Assembly: GCA_903953895.1 (NCBI GenBank)
Contig: CAJBLH010000162.1
Coordinates: 939 to 64,938, forward strand
From: an uncultured Desulfobacteraceae bacterium
Lineage (GTDB): Bacteria > Desulfobacterota > Desulfobacteria > Desulfobacterales > Desulfatirhabdiaceae
DNA: 64,000 nt
Direction: 5' to 3'
Shown: piece after piece, positions 59,989 through 64,000 of the stretch
How the letters are laid out: each line of letters opens with the position of its first letter
Position numbering within the stretch: the first letter of the stretch is position 1
The notes under the pieces: model-generated
The model's database searches: none
Seen by the model: only the letters and a program-made list of their open reading frames with translations
What the model was told of the DNA's origin: nothing
Position numbers and translations under genes: made by a program

Positions 59989-60963
59989 ATGAACAGCCAA
60001 GCTTGCAATCAATTGCTGATGCCGATGACCGCGGCTGAAATGCTGGAGAATTTCTGTAAGGTGTTACCGAAACATGTAACCCTGATCGAAGTGGGGCTGC
60101 GGGACGGGTTACAGTTCGAGGAAAAAATTGTTCCGACCCTGCTGAAGCGTGAAATCGTCTTGCACCTGGCAGCGGCCGGATTCAAGCATATACAGGTGGC
60201 TTCATTCGTTCATCCCGGAAAAGTGCCTCAGATGGCGGATGCGGAAAAGTTGATTTCTGCGCTGTCCGGAATATCGGGAGTTGCCTTCAACGCCCTGGCG
60301 CTGAATATGGCAGGTGTGGAACGGGCAATATCTTCACACTTGACCCACATCGAGGTTTCGGTGTCTGCCAGCAATCGACACAGCCTGAACAACACGGGCA
60401 TGCATGCGGAGGCGGCCTTAAAAACGGGCTTAAGAATGGTAGAGTTATCCAAAAGGCACGGGATGCATGTTCGGGCAGGCATTCAGTGCGCCTTTGGCAG
60501 TGGACACGATGAGATTATTTCAGAAGATCAGATTGTGGCAGCAGTTAAAGACCTGGTGGCAGCCGGCGCAGACATGCTCTGTCTGGCCGACACGACCGGG
60601 ATGGCTACGCCGATTTCGGTCCATCGGCTTGTCTGCGCCGTCATGCCTTATGTCGGAAAACTTCCAGTCGTTCTGCATCTTCACGATACACGGGGGCTCG
60701 GGCTGGTAAATGTTATGGCGGCCTTATCCTGCGGGATAACGCATTTCGATACGGCTATTGCCGGCATGGGTGGATGCCCGTTCATTCCAGGCGCCGCCGG
60801 AAATATCGCTACGGAAGATACCCTTTACCTGCTGTCTTCCCTGCATATCGAAACCGGTTTGAATCTTTCCAAAATCGCCGCCTGTTCCAGAGACATGGAA
60901 TTGTTTTTTGAAAAACGTTTTCCAGGAAAGGTGTATCGACACGCCGTTTATATAGACTTTTAG
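59989..60963 (+). CDS. hydroxymethylglutaryl-CoA lyase
   Basis: VTLIEVGLRDGLQ, HLHDTRG and GGCPF motifs of the HMGL-like family. Confidence 0.85.
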   Translation: MNSQACNQLLMPMTAAEMLENFCKVLPKHVTLIEVGLRDGLQFEEKIVPTLLKREIVLHLAAAGFKHIQVASFVHPGKVPQMADAEKLISALSGISGVAFNALALNMAGVERAISSHLTHIEVSVSASNRHSLNNTGMHAEAALKTGLRMVELSKRHGMHVRAGIQCAFGSGHDEIISEDQIVAAVKDLVAAGADMLCLADTTGMATPISVHRLVCAVMPYVGKLPVVLHLHDTRGLGLVNVMAALSCGITHFDTAIAGMGGCPFIPGAAGNIATEDTLYLLSSLHIETGLNLSKIAACSRDMELFFEKRFPGKVYRHAVYIDF

Positions 60964-60970
60964 AAAATTC

Positions 60971-61111
60971 GGGCTTGGTTCTAATTTCGCCCACTTTATA
61001 CCAAACACAGAATATTAAACCGGTTTAACATTCTGGATTTAATTGTAAAAAGTGGCGGAAAATAAAACGACGCTGGCACAAGCGGACCAAGTGAGAACCA
61101 AGCCCATTTTT
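60971..61111. repeat. nested palindromic structure (three concentric stems around ttaaaccggtttaa) ending in a T-run
   Basis: Outer stem gggcttggttct (60971-60982) pairs with agaaccaagccc (61094-61105). Middle stem ttcgcccacttt (60986-60997) pairs with aaagtggcggaa (61049-61060). Inner stem cagaat (61008-61013) pairs with attctg (61030-61035). A 14-bp perfect palindrome lies at 61015-61028. Confidence 0.6.
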
Positions 61112-61151
61112 CTATCAATGTCTATGCCATGCGGGGTACAGGGTGATCTTT

Positions 61152-62270
61152 TTAATTCCAGATTTTTTCAGACCATCCAGCACGTGTTCCGACTGATGCT
61201 ATAAAGAAACGTTCAAATACGAAATAGGATATCGTGGCTATAGTAAAAGAACATGCAATATAATAAAAAAACTTGATGGTTATTGAAATATCCTGATAAT
61301 TTATATAGTTCGATATCGGATGATGCCATATATATAGACTATAACTAATAGCCGCGATATAGTAAACAGATAGTGATATGAATTGCTGTTTAATCCTTAT
61401 ATGGCGATACTTGAAAAGCAGTATCGATAGTAAAAATTGAGATAAATAAGAGAAGTTACTCAATGCATACACCCCCAAAGGGTTACGATAATCGATATTT
61501 GTAATCCAGTAAAAATTGAGTACTGCCAATACGATCAGGGATAACCAGCAAAACAATGAATTTATCCTTGTTATAACAATCTCAAGTTTGTCAACCTTAT
61601 ATAATAATATCCCGAGCGCAAAAGCATATAAGTGTATGATCATTTGGTCGTTTCCAATTGTAACCATTTTGTTAACGTTGAAATTCTGATTCACGAACTG
61701 AAAAACGGCAAAATTCCGTAAAATTAAACTTACGACCACCAACAACATCATGATGCCAAAGCAGCCGATAATATTCGAATTTAAAATAGTGGCAATCAGA
61801 AACGGCGCGATAAGATACCATTGAAATTCTACACCTAAGCTCCAGAAAACTGGATTTATGGCACGGTCGTAATCTACCCAAAAATTATGAATATTTAAAA
61901 TATGTGTTATTAAATTCATGCTATCAAAGCCATTGATAGAAAATAAAACTAAGATTGCTACCAGATATGCCGGATAAATACGATAAGCTCTCTTTTTAAT
62001 AAAATAAAAATATGCGTGATTGATATTTAGTAGTTTCTTCATGGTTGATTGGAATGATGCTGTAAGCAAATACCCGCTAATAATAAAAAAAATGGGAACC
62101 CCATAATTCAGTGGTATTTGTAATATATATTTTAACCATAAAGGGATTTCCGTTTGAGATGTGGCAAAATGTCCGGTTACCACTGAAATAACTGCAATTG
62201 CTCGAAAACAATCAAATGCCTGTGAATATTGACTTTTATCGTGTTTTATATCACGTAGTAGCTGAGACAT
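61152..62270 (-). CDS. acyltransferase family 3 (OafA/NolL-type membrane O-acyltransferase)
   Basis: 372 aa with about 10 TM. The N-terminus FDCFRAIAVISVVTGH is typical of acyltransferase_3. Strongly AT-rich relative to its flanks. Confidence 0.8.
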   Translation of the reverse strand: MSQLLRDIKHDKSQYSQAFDCFRAIAVISVVTGHFATSQTEIPLWLKYILQIPLNYGVPIFFIISGYLLTASFQSTMKKLLNINHAYFYFIKKRAYRIYPAYLVAILVLFSINGFDSMNLITHILNIHNFWVDYDRAINPVFWSLGVEFQWYLIAPFLIATILNSNIIGCFGIMMLLVVVSLILRNFAVFQFVNQNFNVNKMVTIGNDQMIIHLYAFALGILLYKVDKLEIVITRINSLFCWLSLIVLAVLNFYWITNIDYRNPLGVYALSNFSYLSQFLLSILLFKYRHIRIKQQFISLSVYYIAAISYSLYIWHHPISNYINYQDISITIKFFYYIACSFTIATISYFVFERFFIASVGTRAGWSEKIWN

Positions 62271-62353
62271 AATCTCAAACCTTTCTGTACAAACATTGAT
62301 TTGGTAATGCCGACCCGAAGCATCCTCATGTCTCCATTGGCTGATTATCTATG

Positions 62354-62626
62354 TCATGATTTAATGACGTTGTACTTCCGTAAATTGGTTTTGATGTAAG
62401 GCCAGTGCAGGAAAAGATGAAGGACCATCACGACGATGAACAGCAACGCCGTCCATTCATGAACTTCCCGCAGAAAATGCCGAAAATTGCCCGCAAACCC
62501 GCCCCCACCACCGCCGCCCCTCGGCACGAACAGCCAGTTGATCAGGCCTGTCAGAGACAGAATCGAAAACAATACAAAAGAAAATACATTGATGATCCAC
62601 AGAGTTGCTCCTTTGTTCATGGACAT
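62354..62626 (-). CDS. DUF4405-like small membrane protein with Gly7 run
   Basis: Two or three helices, LREVHEWTALLFIVVMVLHLFLHWPYI, and an internal PRGGGGGGGF. Confidence 0.6.
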   Translation of the reverse strand: MSMNKGATLWIINVFSFVLFSILSLTGLINWLFVPRGGGGGGGFAGNFRHFLREVHEWTALLFIVVMVLHLFLHWPYIKTNLRKYNVIKS

Positions 62627-62650
62627 GACAATTCCTCCAAAATGGGTTGT

Positions 62651-64000
62651 TCATTTGTTGAAAGCCAAATAAATCTCGATGGATGCCGGTTTTCCATCCG
62701 ATGGTGCGGGCAGAGTCCAGCTCTTGAACAGATTCAAAATACAGGCTTTCAGCACGTCATTGTGTATTTCGTCGGTACCGACCTGAATGTTGAGCATGTT
62801 GCCCTTTCCGTCTATATCCATCTTTACGGATATCTTTCCGCCTTCCGTCATGACGGCGTAGCAGCTATCGATTTCCTTGAGATGCTCCGCGATGAATGCT
62901 TCCATCAGTTTTGGGGAGATGCTGCCGGAAATCAGCATGCTTTCCGCAAGATGTTTCACCCGGATGTTGATTTCGGGCAGGGTTTCAGCCTTGGTTTCCG
63001 TGAATTTCAAACTCTCTTTAGCCATTTGCCTGCCGGACGCCGGCGCCGGAGACATGGCGTACCGGGTGGTGCTGCTTGCGCCCACGGCCAGATCCGATAC
63101 ACCCTGCGGCAGGGGGAGCGGTTGCTGGATGGTGGTGGATTTTCCGTCCACATTTCTGACCAGGGAATCAATGGCCACAAACGAAGTGTATTCGGTCAGC
63201 AGATTGTATTCAAGACCCAGTCGGGTGATTTCCTTCACGCGCGCGTCGTCGGAGGACAATTTTTGATAATCCGACAGCACGGCAATCCGGTGCCGGGCCC
63301 ACAGATATCGGATGGCGGAATTGGCGGCCGTCGGTTTGGCGCTGCCAGCATCGATACTTGCCGAATACGGCCGATCTCCGCTGATACCGGAAAGCCGGAT
63401 GGTTCCCTTGGGTTCTCCCTTCCATTTGCCAAAGAGGATGACGGGCCGCTCGGCCAGTACATCGGGAAGGGCAGGGGGCTCGACATCATATGCCTGAAAT
63501 CCTGCAAAATCCGTTTTGACCTTTGTCAGAACCGGCGACTGAATGTATTTTCTGAATTTTTCGGCTTTCGATTCGGCGTCGGTCGGGCTTGTGATGATAA
63601 ACGCTTCGCCCATGCCGGCCCGTGCGATGCCTTCGATCAAAAAGCGGTTGACCGATGTGCCGATACCGAAGGCAAACATGTTGGCGCGACCCAGATTGTT
63701 CCGGATCACCTGGAAGGCGTCCTTTTCCACATCCACATAACCGTCGGTGGCAATCACGATGGTGCGCGATCGTTTTTCATCGCCGGCAAGTGCAAGAGCG
63801 CGTTTCAAAGCCGGAAGCAACTCTGTTCCGCCGCCGCCACTTTGGTGATCGATCACCTGGATCGCCCTGGCGATGTTGACTGGATCGGCAGGCATGGATT
63901 TTTCCGAAAGCATGGCCGAACTGCCGGCAAACAAGAGGACATTGAACGTGTCGGTCGGCTTGAGGCCGCCGATCAGTGATTTGAGAAGATTCTTGGAAAT
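62651..64000 (-). CDS. von Willebrand factor A domain protein (VIT/VWA-type), N-terminus beyond window end
   Basis: The frame stays open to 64000 (...NLLKSLIGGLKPTDTFNVLLFAGSSAMLS...). GGGTELLPALKRAL and IVIATDGYVD are VWA/MIDAS-region motifs. The C-terminal ~90 aa form a separate small domain. Confidence 0.75.
   Translation of the reverse strand: MSKNLLKSLIGGLKPTDTFNVLLFAGSSAMLSEKSMPADPVNIARAIQVIDHQSGGGGTELLPALKRALALAGDEKRSRTIVIATDGYVDVEKDAFQVIRNNLGRANMFAFGIGTSVNRFLIEGIARAGMGEAFIITSPTDAESKAEKFRKYIQSPVLTKVKTDFAGFQAYDVEPPALPDVLAERPVILFGKWKGEPKGTIRLSGISGDRPYSASIDAGSAKPTAANSAIRYLWARHRIAVLSDYQKLSSDDARVKEITRLGLEYNLLTEYTSFVAIDSLVRNVDGKSTTIQQPLPLPQGVSDLAVGASSTTRYAMSPAPASGRQMAKESLKFTETKAETLPEINIRVKHLAESMLISGSISPKLMEAFIAEHLKEIDSCYAVMTEGGKISVKMDIDGKGNMLNIQVGTDEIHNDVLKACILNLFKSWTLPAPSDGKPASIEIYLAFNK

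Noticed and set aside
62485-62525. Gly7-encoding tract as a slipped-strand phase-variation site
   Set aside because: The DNA is a mixed ccgcccccaccaccgccgcccc sequence rather than a homopolymer or perfect short tandem repeat, so slippage-based switching is unlikely.
62405-63979. 524-aa plus-strand ORF spanning the DUF4405 and VWA genes
   Set aside because: It is antisense to two minus-strand genes with clear family motifs and crosses their intergenic gap. Its translation is low-complexity (R/G/H-rich) with no recognisable motif. This is a typical shadow ORF.

Overview
The window is a gene-dense, about 50% G+C bacterial chromosomal segment, and most of it is core metabolism, translation and transport. 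The gene content loosely suggests a Desulfobacterota-like anaerobe, based on archaeal-type LeuCD, a small 2x[4Fe-4S] ferredoxin and many REC/PAS/GGDEF and histidine-kinase genes; this is inference only.

Recognisable genes, in order:
- A CoA-transferase (truncated at the window start), an acyl-CoA ligase and a hotdog thioesterase.
- REC-PAS-GGDEF, glgP and a hybrid kinase.
- A small flagellum-related trio: mini rod-like protein, SprA-related protein and FliW.
- A P1 peptidase and a GNAT.
- A MauE/TlpA-like redox cluster, followed by REC-STAS, a kinase and a periplasmic binding protein.
- DUF167 and a YbgC-like thioesterase.
- thrH-hom-aminotransferase, purM, a GT4 fusion protein, tsaD, ferredoxin, leuCD and lepA.
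- REC-GGDEF, GNAT and DUF2156.
- A rhomboid, nadC, valS, hflKC and nadK.
- livKHMGF, ligA, acyP, HU and ftsY.
- aapJQMP, HMG-CoA lyase, a low-GC acyltransferase, DUF4405 and a VWA protein (truncated at the window end).

I saw no rRNA, tRNA, CRISPR array, transposase, integrase or recognisable defence gene.

The most interesting observations are:
1. A MauD/MauE-like thiol-redox pair flanks a GAF-TM-cysteine-free rhodanese protein, next to a binding-protein/kinase/REC-STAS module whose HAMP connector carries a 4-Cys insertion.
2. An isolated FliW / mini-rod / SprA-like trio has a near-consensus sigma54 promoter and no csrA or flagellin nearby.
3. A 32-codon bS22/AURKAIP1-like ORF is missing from the ORF track.
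4. A roughly 110-bp MITE-like element is present in two inverted copies.
5. The first thioesterase contains an internal compensated frame swap.
6. A rhomboid protease is fused to a DnaJ/CbpA C-terminal domain.
7. A low-GC acyltransferase gene is bordered by a nested palindrome.

All homology calls come from motif recognition by eye; no searches were run.
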